Below are positions 9,442 to 18,229 of a DNA stretch of 56,509 nucleotides, one piece after another (the first letter of the stretch is position 1; the number at the start of each line of letters is the position of its first letter). The DNA is taken from the NCBI GenBank assembly GCA_049975205.1, contig JBNGDL010000018.1, positions 1 to 56,509 on the forward strand, given 5' to 3'. This DNA is from Anaerolineae bacterium (GTDB taxonomy: Bacteria > Chloroflexota > Anaerolineae > B4-G1 > SLSP01). The notes beneath the pieces were generated by a model. It had not been told where the DNA came from. It saw only the letters and a program-made list of their open reading frames with translations, and did not search any database. Made by a program: the position numbers and the translations under genes.

Positions 9442-9470
9442 ATTATACTAGAACTTGTGTTCTATTGCAA
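9442..9470 (-). promoter_or_regulatory. sigma70 promoter with a LexA box in its spacer
   Basis: Minus strand TTGCAA-17 nt-TATAAT; the spacer contains AGAAC-TTGT-GTTCT (9450-9463). Confidence 0.8.
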
Positions 9471-9649
9471 GAGCCAATTTGCCCCTCTGGTCACGAAACC
9501 CATGTGGCAGTGCGTCACAGCGTGCCCCTTTTTGACGCGCTTTGCACTTCGCGACAATCCGGGTACGCTGTGGAAGGAGCGAGGCGAGGCGACAGATCGT
9601 TCTCGCTCTGCCCACTTAACGCCAATCTCATCTGTATTAAGGAGGCAAG

Positions 9650-10039
9650 ATGCGCAAAGAGATCTTTACCGAGAAGGGTGCCGCCCCCGTGGGGCCCTAC
9701 TCCCAGGCGGTTGTGGCTGACGGACCATTTGTCTTCGTCTCAGGACAGGGTCCCGTCGACCCGGCGACGGGACAGATGAAGCTAGGCAGTATCGCGGAAC
9801 AGGCGGAACAGGTCTTCGAGAATATCACGACGTTGTTGGAGGCCGCGGGCACCTCGTGGGAGCACGTCGTGCGCGTCGGCATCTTCCTGGTCGACATGGA
9901 CGACTTCGCGGAGATGAACAGCATCTATCAGCGATACTTGACGAAGCCCTACCCGGCTCGGACGACGGTAAGCACCGGCTTGCCGGTCGATGGGATGCTT
10001 ATTGAGGTCGATTGCATTGCTGTGGTCCCCGAGGCGTAG
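9650..10039 (+). CDS. ridA: RidA/YjgF family enamine/imine deaminase
   Basis: GPYSQAV, VSGQGP, PARTTV (active-site Arg), IEVDCIA; RBS AAGGAGG. Confidence 0.9.
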   Translation: MRKEIFTEKGAAPVGPYSQAVVADGPFVFVSGQGPVDPATGQMKLGSIAEQAEQVFENITTLLEAAGTSWEHVVRVGIFLVDMDDFAEMNSIYQRYLTKPYPARTTVSTGLPVDGMLIEVDCIAVVPEA

Positions 10040-10045
10040 GCTTCG

Positions 10046-11095
10046 ATGAGGATCGGGGAACTGGACACGCCGGTCGTTGTCGTAGATCTGGACCGCGTGA
10101 CGTCGAATATCGAGCGGCTCCAGTGCTACTTGGACGATCACGACATCGCCAATCGGCCCCACATCAAGACTCACAAGATCCCAGACTTTGCACACCAGCA
10201 GGTCGCTGCCGGCGCCGTGGGCATTGCTTGTCAGAAGGTGAGCGAGGCCGAGGTGATGGCTGATGCTGGCCTGGACGACATTATGATTCCCTACAATATC
10301 CTCGGCAAGCAGAAGCTGCGGCGCCTGATGGCTCTGGCGCGACGAGTGCGGATTCAGGTCACCGCTGACTCCGCCCACACGGTGCGGGGCTACGCGGCAG
10401 CCGCGGAGGAAGCAGCACTCACTCTCTGGGTCCTCGTCGAGTTCGACACGGGGATGCATCGTTGCGGCGTTCAGTCACCGCAGGAGGCGGCGGAGCTGGC
10501 GTGCCTGATCCATAGATCGTCAGCGCTGACCTTCGGCGGGTTGATGACGTTTCCACACAACGCAGAGAGCGACGCGTTCGTGCGCGCGACGAAGGCCTTG
10601 TTGAAGGGAGATGGGCCGTCTGTGGCCTGCGTTAGCTATGGCGGGACGCCGGGGATGTGGCAGGCGCACACCAGGACGGAGGTAACCGAGTATCGCGCGG
10701 GGACCTACATCTACGGAGACCGGTCCATCCTCAAGGCTGGCGCTATGACGTTGGATCAGATCGCACTCAGCGTGATCACAACCGTTGTTAGCCGACCCAC
10801 CGCTGACCGCGGGATCCTCGATGGGGGCAGCAAGACCTTTTCCTCGGACTTATTGGGGCTGGACGGACACGGGTTCATCCTCGAGTATCCCGAGGCGCGG
10901 TTCTATGGGATGTCGGAGGAGCACGGACACGTCGATTTTGGCCCTTGCGCCCAGAAGCCCGAGATTGGGGAGCGGGTGACCGTGATTCCTAACCACGTCT
11001 GCCCAGTCAGTAATCTCTTCGATGCCATCGTGGGTGTCAGGGGCGATGAGGTGGTGCAGACTTGGCCTGTCGCCGCGCGCGGCACCGTGCGATGA
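10046..11095 (+). CDS. PLP-dependent D-serine dehydratase / D-threonine aldolase-like enzyme (alanine racemase fold)
   Basis: RPHIKTHK (PLP Lys), EFDTGMHRCG, MSEEHG, IPNHVCP (metal His/Cys). Confidence 0.88.
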   Translation: MRIGELDTPVVVVDLDRVTSNIERLQCYLDDHDIANRPHIKTHKIPDFAHQQVAAGAVGIACQKVSEAEVMADAGLDDIMIPYNILGKQKLRRLMALARRVRIQVTADSAHTVRGYAAAAEEAALTLWVLVEFDTGMHRCGVQSPQEAAELACLIHRSSALTFGGLMTFPHNAESDAFVRATKALLKGDGPSVACVSYGGTPGMWQAHTRTEVTEYRAGTYIYGDRSILKAGAMTLDQIALSVITTVVSRPTADRGILDGGSKTFSSDLLGLDGHGFILEYPEARFYGMSEEHGHVDFGPCAQKPEIGERVTVIPNHVCPVSNLFDAIVGVRGDEVVQTWPVAARGTVR

Positions 11096-11148
11096 GTTGT
11101 GGATGGATGCGGAGGGTTGAACGCCGCCCGCGGATAGAGGGCGGGAGA

Positions 11149-11994
11149 TCAACCCTCTGCCAGGAGGGCGCGCGAGAAGATCATGTAGCCCGTGTGGGCG
11201 ATCATGCGATCGATGGGACGGAGGCGCTGGGGCACAGCCTTGTAGGGGCGCAGCAACAGCTCCTCCACCTCCGTAAAGCCGTATGGCCCCCGCTCGAGAT
11301 GGCGCAGCAGCACGCCGACCTGATTGACGGTGGGCACGAGACAGCCGAAGAAGCCGCCGCCCCGCAGCGCCCGATGTACCTGGTCCAGATAGAGCCAGGG
11401 CTCGCGCACGTCCAGGATCACGGCATCTATGCCCTCCTCGTCAAATCCCTCCTCGATGTCACGAACCTTGAAGGTGACGAACTCATCGAGGCCCACGCGC
11501 GCGAGGTTTTCTGTGGCGATGGCCTGGATGTCGGGACGGACCTCGTAGCTGTAGACGTGGCCTTCAGGCTGGACCATGCGGGCGAGGGCGAGGGTCAATC
11601 CGCCACTTCCGGTGCCCGCTTCCAGGACCCGCGTGCCAGGGCCGATGTTCATCTTCATCAGCATGTAGCCGATTTCCTTGGGATAGATGATCTGGGTAGC
11701 GCGGCGGATGTCGCGGATGAGCTCGTCCAGGGATGGGGGTAGGATCATATAGGTGTAGCCTAGATGCGTATCGACCGTGTCGCCCCAGGGCTTGCCGATC
11801 ACGTCGTTGTGTTGTAGCACGCCGTGATGGGTTTGGAACTCCAGCCCTGGCTGCATCCGGACGATCGCGGTCTTGCGGTCGCTACCAACCATAAGGACCA
11901 GATCGCCGGCGCCGACGCGTCGTCGGTCGGGGCCATCCGGTGTCTCATGGGTGAGCCCCTGCGCTGCTCTAGGATCTAGATCTGTCTCTTCCAC
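11149..11994 (-). CDS. trmI: tRNA (adenine-58-N1)-methyltransferase
   Basis: TQIIYPKE, VLEAGTGSGGLT, DVREPW, MIAHTGY; likely GTG start at 11994 (the longer ORF overlaps the darA-like gene). Confidence 0.88.
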   Translation of the reverse strand: MEETDLDPRAAQGLTHETPDGPDRRRVGAGDLVLMVGSDRKTAIVRMQPGLEFQTHHGVLQHNDVIGKPWGDTVDTHLGYTYMILPPSLDELIRDIRRATQIIYPKEIGYMLMKMNIGPGTRVLEAGTGSGGLTLALARMVQPEGHVYSYEVRPDIQAIATENLARVGLDEFVTFKVRDIEEGFDEEGIDAVILDVREPWLYLDQVHRALRGGGFFGCLVPTVNQVGVLLRHLERGPYGFTEVEELLLRPYKAVPQRLRPIDRMIAHTGYMIFSRALLAEG

Positions 11995-12066
11995 ACTTCG
12001 TCCTTGCTGGCCCCTGTTGGATCCATTCGCTTGACGGGGGGCTATGGTCAAGCGAGGCCGGATCTT

Positions 12067-12095
12067 TTTACAAATCGCTGCAAAGGGATTATAAT
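12067..12095 (+). promoter_or_regulatory. sigma70 promoter for the darA-like operon
   Basis: TTTACA-17 nt-TATAAT. Confidence 0.7.
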
Positions 12096-12132
12096 CAGTG
12101 ACGTACAGACCCGCAACCTGACGAGGATACGT

Positions 12133-12474
12133 ATGCCAGACGAAATCATCGACCGCATGGCCATTACCATTGTCGACGGGGGGCAGTCGAAAGATCTCCT
12201 GAAGGCCCTGAATAAGCACGGATTTCCTGTGACCACGCTGGACGCGGTCGGGGGCTTCCTTCATGAAGCCATGGTGACCCTGGTGGTCGGTATGTCCGCA
12301 CAGCGGTTGCCCGCTTTTTTCGCCCTCGTGCGTGAGAAATGCCCTAGCCGCATCCGCTATGTTCCGATGGGCGTAGAGCTGTCCCTTTCCCCGGGATACC
12401 CTATGATGATCGAGGCGCGCGTGGGCGGTGCATCCGTCTTCGTCTTGCCGGTTGAACGCTTTGTGCAATTGTGA
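12133..12474 (+). CDS. divergent PII-like cyclic-di-AMP receptor (DarA/PstA, DUF970 family)
   Basis: GGFL...TLVVG core and C-terminal VGGASVFVLPVERF; ATG at 12133 behind GAGGA. Confidence 0.75.
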   Translation: MPDEIIDRMAITIVDGGQSKDLLKALNKHGFPVTTLDAVGGFLHEAMVTLVVGMSAQRLPAFFALVREKCPSRIRYVPMGVELSLSPGYPMMIEARVGGASVFVLPVERFVQL

Positions 12475-12486
12475 GGAGAGCTGAAA

Positions 12487-12756
12487 ATGAAACTTGTCGT
12501 CGCTATCGTCAAAGACTCCGATGCTATGGATGTTTCAGACGCCCTCGTTGAAAACGATTTCCGCATGACACGCATTGCGAGTACCGGAGGATTCCTACGT
12601 CGCGGGAATGTGACGCTTCTGATCGGCTTGGAGGAGGAGCAGTTGGAACTGCTCTTTGCTACGATTCAGGCCGCGTGTCGTCCCCCTGAGAATCCTGACG
12701 AACACAAGGCCACGATTTTCGTCCTCCCGGCAGAGGATTTCGTCCAGCTAGGGTAA
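12487..12756 (+). CDS. darA: PII-like cyclic-di-AMP receptor (DarA/PstA family)
   Basis: MKLVVAIV...D.D, canonical STGGFLRRGNVTLLIG, ATIFVLP. Confidence 0.85.
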   Translation: MKLVVAIVKDSDAMDVSDALVENDFRMTRIASTGGFLRRGNVTLLIGLEEEQLELLFATIQAACRPPENPDEHKATIFVLPAEDFVQLG

Positions 12757-12774
12757 TGCCCCAGGGAGTCTGAG

Positions 12775-13374
12775 GTGGCGGAAAGCGTCGAGCAGCGCGC
12801 CTACCACGGTGACCTCGATCCTCGGGATCTCGCCAGGTCGCTGGTCGTGCGTTTCAGCGAGGGGGAGACCCGGGCCCACTGGGTGGAGGGAGAGGCGAGG
12901 CGCGCGATTGTCCAGATTCAGAACCGGCAGGTGGAGTATGGAGACCCGTCTACGGCGGTGACGGTCCATATCTCCCCCACCGAGGCTGGGATCACGGTCG
13001 CGGTGAGCGAGCAGAAGGTGCTGAGCGTGGCCGCCGATATGGCGAAGAGCGGCGTTCAGGCCTGGTTCAATCCGCTCCGGCTGCTCGGTGAGATCGACGA
13101 TATCGCGCGCAACGTGCGGTGGCTAGGACTTCGAGCGGAGGTCTGGCAGGCCATCGATGAGTATTGTCGAGCGCAGGGCAGCGGTCGGGGGGCTGCGCGG
13201 ATCCTCTCCAACGTTATCTGTCCCTACTGTGGCACCCCCAATGACCTTGGCGCGCAGAACTGCAAAGCGTGCCATGCCCCGTTAGCGGAGGCTCAGCCCA
13301 TCGTCTGCGGGCGATGTGGGTTTATGAATGAGCCTGGAACAAGCCTATGCGTCAACTGCGGCGCCAAGTTGTAA
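12775..13374 (+). CDS. double zinc-ribbon domain protein
   Basis: Four C-terminal CxxC pairs (CPYC, CKAC, CGRC, CVNC); uncharacterised N-terminal domain. Confidence 0.8.
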   Translation: MAESVEQRAYHGDLDPRDLARSLVVRFSEGETRAHWVEGEARRAIVQIQNRQVEYGDPSTAVTVHISPTEAGITVAVSEQKVLSVAADMAKSGVQAWFNPLRLLGEIDDIARNVRWLGLRAEVWQAIDEYCRAQGSGRGAARILSNVICPYCGTPNDLGAQNCKACHAPLAEAQPIVCGRCGFMNEPGTSLCVNCGAKL

Positions 13375-13666
13375 GATGGTCGCCGGGCTCACAGCGCTTT
13401 TGAGGGTCGGGGGACACCACCTTCTCCCCAGAGGGTGGTCTAAGCCAACAAGGCCTCGGGCCGCTGTTGTCTCTTATTGCAGACGGTATCTATCCCAATC
13501 CTGGTATCTGGGTGATTCTGGCCTCTGATGTCCCGACTGCTTCTTGCTTACTTGGTACACACGTGGCACACGTGCTCGGCAAGGCTATCCACAGATCTCT
13601 AGTCTGGCTCCTTTTGTGGTTCCCGTGTATCATTGATGCGAATCGATAAGGCATAGGAGGTACAGC

Positions 13667-14080
13667 TTGGAGCAGAGAGAGCGGCAAGCAATCCGCGTGC
13701 TGATTGCCAAACCCGGCCTTGACGGCCACGATCGCGGCGCCAAGGTCGTTGCGCGCGCCCTGCGCGACGCCGGTATGGAGGTCATCTACACGGGCCTGAG
13801 GCAGACGCCCGCGATGGTGGCCGAGGCTGCCCTGCAGGAAGATGTCGATGTGATCGGTTTATCCATTTTGTCGGGCGCGCATATGGCGCTCGTTCCCCGC
13901 ATTCTAGAGGCCCTCGAGAAGCGCGGCATTGAGGACTTGCCGATCTTCGTCGGCGGCATCATCCCCATAGATGACATCTCCACCCTCGAGGAGATGGGCG
14001 TGGAAAAGGTCTTCGGTCCAGGCACGGATACGCAGACGATCATCTCCTACATTCGCGAGACGGTGGAGCGTCGTCGTTGA
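13667..14080 (+). CDS. cobalamin-binding subunit of methylmalonyl-CoA-mutase-like enzyme
   Basis: [12 protein letters not shown] (DxHxxG), [20 protein letters not shown]; TTG start behind AGGAGG. Confidence 0.93.
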   Translation: MEQRERQAIRVLIAKPGLDGHDRGAKVVARALRDAGMEVIYTGLRQTPAMVAEAALQEDVDVIGLSILSGAHMALVPRILEALEKRGIEDLPIFVGGIIPIDDISTLEEMGVEKVFGPGTDTQTIISYIRETVERRR

Positions 14081-15084
14081 GCCATAGACGAGGAGACGCC
14101 CTAGACGGCACCCGTTTAGCGGAGCTGGCGGTAGGCGGCGACCGTCGTGCTGTGGCGCGGCTGCTCACGTTGGTCGAGAATGGCGAGCCGGAGGGACGTT
14201 TGGCCCTGGCCAAGCTCTTTCCGCGAACGGGCAACGCGCACGTGGTCGGTTTCACGGGCTCGACGGGCGTGGGGAAGAGCACCTTGGTCAATCGGGTTGC
14301 GGGTGAGATCCGGGGCCGAGGTCCGAAGCTGGCTATTGTCGCAGTCGACCCGACCAGTCCCTTCTCGGGGGGCGCCTTGCTAGGCGATAGGCTTCGGATG
14401 CGGGATCTGGTCGAGGATCCGGGGGTCTTTATCCGCAGCATGGCCTCTCGTGGGCATCCCGGGGGCGTGGCTCATGCGACCCGGGACGTCGTGACTGTAC
14501 TGGATGCCCTGGGCTTTCCGATCATCTTGGTTGAGACGGTTGGAGCAGGCCAGGTGCAGGTCGAGGTGGCACGGATCGCGCACACGGTGGTGCTGGTCGA
14601 GGCGCCGGGTATGGGGGATGACATTCAGGCCCTCAAGGCCGGCCTGATGGAGATCGCGGATATCATTGTCGTCAATAAGGCGGATCGACCAGAGGCGCGG
14701 CAGACGCTGGTTGCCATCCGTAGTGCCGGCCTCCAGGGAGTTCGGTTCCAAGCCTCGGAGGCGGCGAGCGAGCCGGGAGCCTGGGAGGTGCCGGTCTTGG
14801 AGACAAGTGCCCTCGAGGGGCAAGGGATTCCCGAACTGGTGGATGCGGTGATGCGCCATCGCGACTACCTACAGCGGAGCGAGATCTGGGACTCCTTGCG
14901 TATGCGCCATGCGCGCGCCGAAGTGGAGGCGTGGCTGCACCGCTATCTGGAAGATTGGGTGCGCCAGCACATCGGCCCTGATGTGATCGAGGACGCGATA
15001 GAAGCTGTAGTGCGCAGACGAACCGATCCTGCATCTGCTGCGCGAAACCTTCTGGAAGCCCTGGTCGGACCCTTGTCTTCGTAA
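14077..15084 (+). CDS. meaB: MeaB/ArgK GTPase chaperone of acyl-CoA mutases
   Basis: [51 protein letters not shown]. Confidence 0.93.
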   Translation: MSHRRGDALDGTRLAELAVGGDRRAVARLLTLVENGEPEGRLALAKLFPRTGNAHVVGFTGSTGVGKSTLVNRVAGEIRGRGPKLAIVAVDPTSPFSGGALLGDRLRMRDLVEDPGVFIRSMASRGHPGGVAHATRDVVTVLDALGFPIILVETVGAGQVQVEVARIAHTVVLVEAPGMGDDIQALKAGLMEIADIIVVNKADRPEARQTLVAIRSAGLQGVRFQASEAASEPGAWEVPVLETSALEGQGIPELVDAVMRHRDYLQRSEIWDSLRMRHARAEVEAWLHRYLEDWVRQHIGPDVIEDAIEAVVRRRTDPASAARNLLEALVGPLSS

Positions 15085-15159
15085 GGTTGCTATCAGATGG
15101 AGGCGTCTCCCCGTTGTGCCAAAGAACGCCAACTCAGGTGAGGGAAGGAGGGAGTCTTG

Positions 15160-15329
15160 CTCTGCGGTGCGTGAGCGCGGGAAACGAGCGGGCGATTTGG
15201 TCTTGTGAGAAGTGCGGTTTTCAGCACGAGCGGCGTTTACGGAAGGCTACCTTTGTCGATGGCACCTACCGCGATCTGCTGGTCACAAGCGTCCTCGCGG
15301 GGGAGCAGAAGGAGAAGGGGGATGACTGA
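15160..15329 (+). pseudogene. C-terminal remnant of a RimJ/RimL-type GNAT acetyltransferase
   Basis: NERAIWSCEKCGFQHERRLRKATFVDGTYRDLL matches the N.RA...YEK.GF..EG.LR....DG.Y.D pattern, with no N-terminal half. Confidence 0.6.
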
Positions 15330-16290
15330 TGTAGGGTGCTACGGAGGCGTTGTGATTTATAGTGGCACAGGTTCTCCAGATCTTGCTTCGCAGATCGCCG
15401 AAAACCTGGAGCTGAAGCTGTGTGAACGCGAAGTTATCACATTTCCTAATTCGAATCTCTTTGTTCGTCTTGGCTCGAGTGTGCGCGGCCAAGATGCCTT
15501 TATCATTCAGACGACCTCCGCGCCCACCAACGACAACCTGATGGAGCTTCTCATCTTCATCGACACGCTCAAGCGCGCATCAGCGGGCCGCGTGACGGCG
15601 GTCGTTCCCTACCTTGGCTATGCCCGGTCTGACAAGAAGGACCAGCCCCGCGTTCCGATCACAGCGCGGCTGGTCGCTGACATGATCCAGAGTGCTGGCG
15701 CGGATCGTTATATCACGCTCGACCTTCACTCCGGGCAGATTCAGGGCTTTTTCAGCATCCCTGGGGATATGATCACGGCTTTCCCATTGCTGGCAGACCA
15801 CATGCGTAAGAAGGACCTTCAGAATGCGGTCGTGGTGGCTGCCGACCTGGGATTTGCAAAGAAGGCACGGGCCTTTGCGACGGAGCTTGACCTACCTGTC
15901 GCGTTCGTCGAGAAGCGCCGCATTGACATGCATACCGAGGCCTTAACCGTCATTGGCGACGTCGACGGCATGGATGCCATCATCGTGGACGATGAGGTCG
16001 ACACAGCGGGCACGATGTGCGATGCGGCGACCGCCCTGATCGATGCCGGGGCACGAGATATCTACAGCTGTTTCGTCCATCCGATATTGTCCGCCGACGC
16101 GGCCGATATGCTCCGCCAACACTCCTTCAAAGAGATTGTAACCACGAACTCGGTGCCAATTCCTCTTAAGAAACGCTTGCCCAATATGACCGTGATCTCG
16201 GTTTCTTCGTTGTTGGCGGGTGTCATCAAGCGTGTGCACGCCGGCAGAAGTGTTGGTGAGATGTTCGTCCCATATCACGGATACAGCTGA
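15322..16290 (+). CDS. prs: ribose-phosphate pyrophosphokinase
   Basis: VRGQD, NDNLMELL, PYLGYARSDKK, DLHSGQIQGFF, PRPP loop VDDEVDTAGT; ATG at 15322 behind GGAGAAGGGG. Confidence 0.93.
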   Translation: MTDVGCYGGVVIYSGTGSPDLASQIAENLELKLCEREVITFPNSNLFVRLGSSVRGQDAFIIQTTSAPTNDNLMELLIFIDTLKRASAGRVTAVVPYLGYARSDKKDQPRVPITARLVADMIQSAGADRYITLDLHSGQIQGFFSIPGDMITAFPLLADHMRKKDLQNAVVVAADLGFAKKARAFATELDLPVAFVEKRRIDMHTEALTVIGDVDGMDAIIVDDEVDTAGTMCDAATALIDAGARDIYSCFVHPILSADAADMLRQHSFKEIVTTNSVPIPLKKRLPNMTVISVSSLLAGVIKRVHAGRSVGEMFVPYHGYS

Positions 16291-16334
16291 GGTGCCGATC
16301 GGCGGCTACGCCTGAGGGTTATGATGACACAGCC

Positions 16335-16361
16335 GAGCGCGCGACTCGAGTCGCTCGCTCG
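16335..16361. terminator. hairpin between convergent prs and flavodoxin genes
   Basis: CGAGCGCGCGAC / GTCGCTCGCTCG imperfect inverted repeat. Confidence 0.45.
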
Positions 16362-16377
16362 ATGCTACAGGCCTTTT

Positions 16378-16929
16378 TCAGGCCTCTGCCTCAACCATCG
16401 CCTCTGCGGCGGCGCGGATGGCCGTGAGCTTGTACTCTCGGCTCCAGCGGTTGACGGGAAGTAGGTCCCAAACCCTGGCGCGGACATGGTGGATCCAGCG
16501 CTCCATGCTTGCCAGGCACGTGATCATTCCCCCACCGCTGCCACCGGCGGCGGCTACCGCGAGCACGGGCTTGCCCGCCATGCAACTTTGGTCGCCTCTG
16601 GTCGCCTCGCACCGCCGAAAGCGATCGGTGAAGGCCTTCGCCGACTCGCTCATCTCTCCCCAGTAGACCGGTGTCACCAGGACAAGCGCATCAGCGGCAC
16701 ACGTCCTGGCGTGCAGGGCCTGGAAGTCGTCTTCGACCTGACATTCGTGTTCGCTTAGGCAGGTGCCCCAGCCATTGTCACAGGCCTGGCAGAGGCCCAC
16801 GTCGAGGTCGTTGAGTCGCACGATTTCCACGTCGCCGCCGGCTGAGCGGGCTCCTTTTGCGGCAGCTGTAGCACATGCTGCCGTGAGGCCGTCTTGGTTG
16901 GGGCTTGTATGGATGACCAGGATGTCCAT
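16378..16929 (-). CDS. flavodoxin-like iron-sulfur flavoprotein / NADPH-dependent FMN reductase
   Basis: SPNQDGLT, CQAC...C.....C cluster, DDF, TPVYWG. Confidence 0.85.
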   Translation of the reverse strand: MDILVIHTSPNQDGLTAACATAAAKGARSAGGDVEIVRLNDLDVGLCQACDNGWGTCLSEHECQVEDDFQALHARTCAADALVLVTPVYWGEMSESAKAFTDRFRRCEATRGDQSCMAGKPVLAVAAAGGSGGGMITCLASMERWIHHVRARVWDLLPVNRWSREYKLTAIRAAAEAMVEAEA

Positions 16930-17062
16930 GAGCGTCTCCTTAACTTGGGTTGGTCACTTCGTGATGGGGTCGGGCAATGTTTGGAAGGGTTCGATTTCGT
17001 TAGGGCTCGGACCGTCATAGCCGGTCGATTTCTTTCCTTATCTCCTTTTGCTCGACGCTGCG

Positions 17063-18229
17063 CTACCAATCTATCTGCTCAAACTCTGCATCCTTGACCT
17101 GATAGATCCAGATCTGCGGATCAGCTAGATCTCCGTCGGGCTCGAAGCGGAGCTCGCCCAGGAGTGTGGTCACCGGATTCTGCCGCAAGGCTTCGCTGAT
17201 CCGCCCTGCTTCGATCGAGTTCGCTTGCTCAACGCCCTGGGCCAAAGCCTCCATTGCGACGAAACCGTTCACCGAGTAGGTATCGGGGTTTCGGTACTCA
17301 ACAGCCTGGTAGGCCTCGAACCAGGCTTCATCCCCGACGGCGCGGGGGCTGGGAGCGAAAGCGCTCACGTACATGCCCTCCGCTGTGCCGTCGGCCTCGT
17401 CGATGGTTGCCGCAAGGAAGGCCCCGTCGCTGCACAGCATCGGGACCGTCACACCAGCATCGATCAGCTGGGCGCGGAGATAGGGGGCCTCGATCTCATA
17501 ACCGGCGTAGAAGATGGCGTCGGGGGCGACGCCCTTGATCCGTGCCACCTCCTCGGCATACTGCCCCTGGCCTTCCTCCACCTCAATTTGCACGACGGGG
17601 TCCGCCCCCAGCGCGCGGAGCTCATCGCTGAGGGAGCGCGCCAAGCCCTGCCCATACTCCGTGTTGTTGTAGACTACGGCGACAGTGTCGGCCTCCAGCT
17701 GTTCGACGAGGAAGCGCGCGTCCACAGCAGCCTGAACGACGTCGTTGGCGTTGACACGGAAGAAGTTCGTGTATCCTTTCTCGGTCAGGCTCTGCTCCGA
17801 CGCCGTGGGCGTGATGACGACCAGCGGCATCTCCGCATACAGCGTCATCGCCGCCAGGGTCTGACCGCTATTGAGATGCCCAATCACGCCCAGAACCTCT
17901 TCCCCGCCCTCAAGTGCGGCGTCAATCTCGGCGACCTGCGCCACTGCGACATCGCTGTCGGATTCGTCGTCCAAGGGCATCACGACTACCCGGTAGCCGT
18001 TCAGACCGCCGTTGCGGTTGATCTGCTCCGCAGCCAGCCGAACGCCGCCTAGCACGGTCTGCCCGCCGTTGGCCTGAAATCCGCTCAGCGGCACGGCGAC
18101 GAAGACCAACACATCGCCCTTGGTCGGCGCTGTTGAGCGACCTCCACATGCTGTCAGCATGGCGGCGAGTAGCGAGACCATCAGACCCAAAGCTATCAAG
18201 ATGATAACCCGTCGCTTCATAGTGTTCAT
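17063..18229 (-). CDS. branched-chain amino acid (LivJ/LivK-like) substrate-binding lipoprotein
   Basis: Lipobox LTAC, VPLSG...G, INRNGGLNG, VIGHLNSG, NFFRV; no permease or ATPase nearby. Confidence 0.88.
   Translation of the reverse strand: MNTMKRRVIILIALGLMVSLLAAMLTACGGRSTAPTKGDVLVFVAVPLSGFQANGGQTVLGGVRLAAEQINRNGGLNGYRVVVMPLDDESDSDVAVAQVAEIDAALEGGEEVLGVIGHLNSGQTLAAMTLYAEMPLVVITPTASEQSLTEKGYTNFFRVNANDVVQAAVDARFLVEQLEADTVAVVYNNTEYGQGLARSLSDELRALGADPVVQIEVEEGQGQYAEEVARIKGVAPDAIFYAGYEIEAPYLRAQLIDAGVTVPMLCSDGAFLAATIDEADGTAEGMYVSAFAPSPRAVGDEAWFEAYQAVEYRNPDTYSVNGFVAMEALAQGVEQANSIEAGRISEALRQNPVTTLLGELRFEPDGDLADPQIWIYQVKDAEFEQIDW

Noticed and set aside
9270-9779. 169-aa plus-strand ORF and the 9077-9289 minus-strand ORF
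   Set aside because: They run across promoter and SOS-box sequence and overlap ridA or lacI; the region is better explained by the 30-aa minus-strand gene.
11995-12468. N-terminal extension of the 439-aa TrmI ORF
   Set aside because: It is antisense to the darA-like gene and its promoter; the real start is probably near 11994.
13375-13666. Cobalamin or SAM riboswitch ahead of the B12-binding gene
   Set aside because: No B12 box or SAM-I core on the sense strand; the AGCCCGGCGACC similarity is on the opposite strand and isolated.
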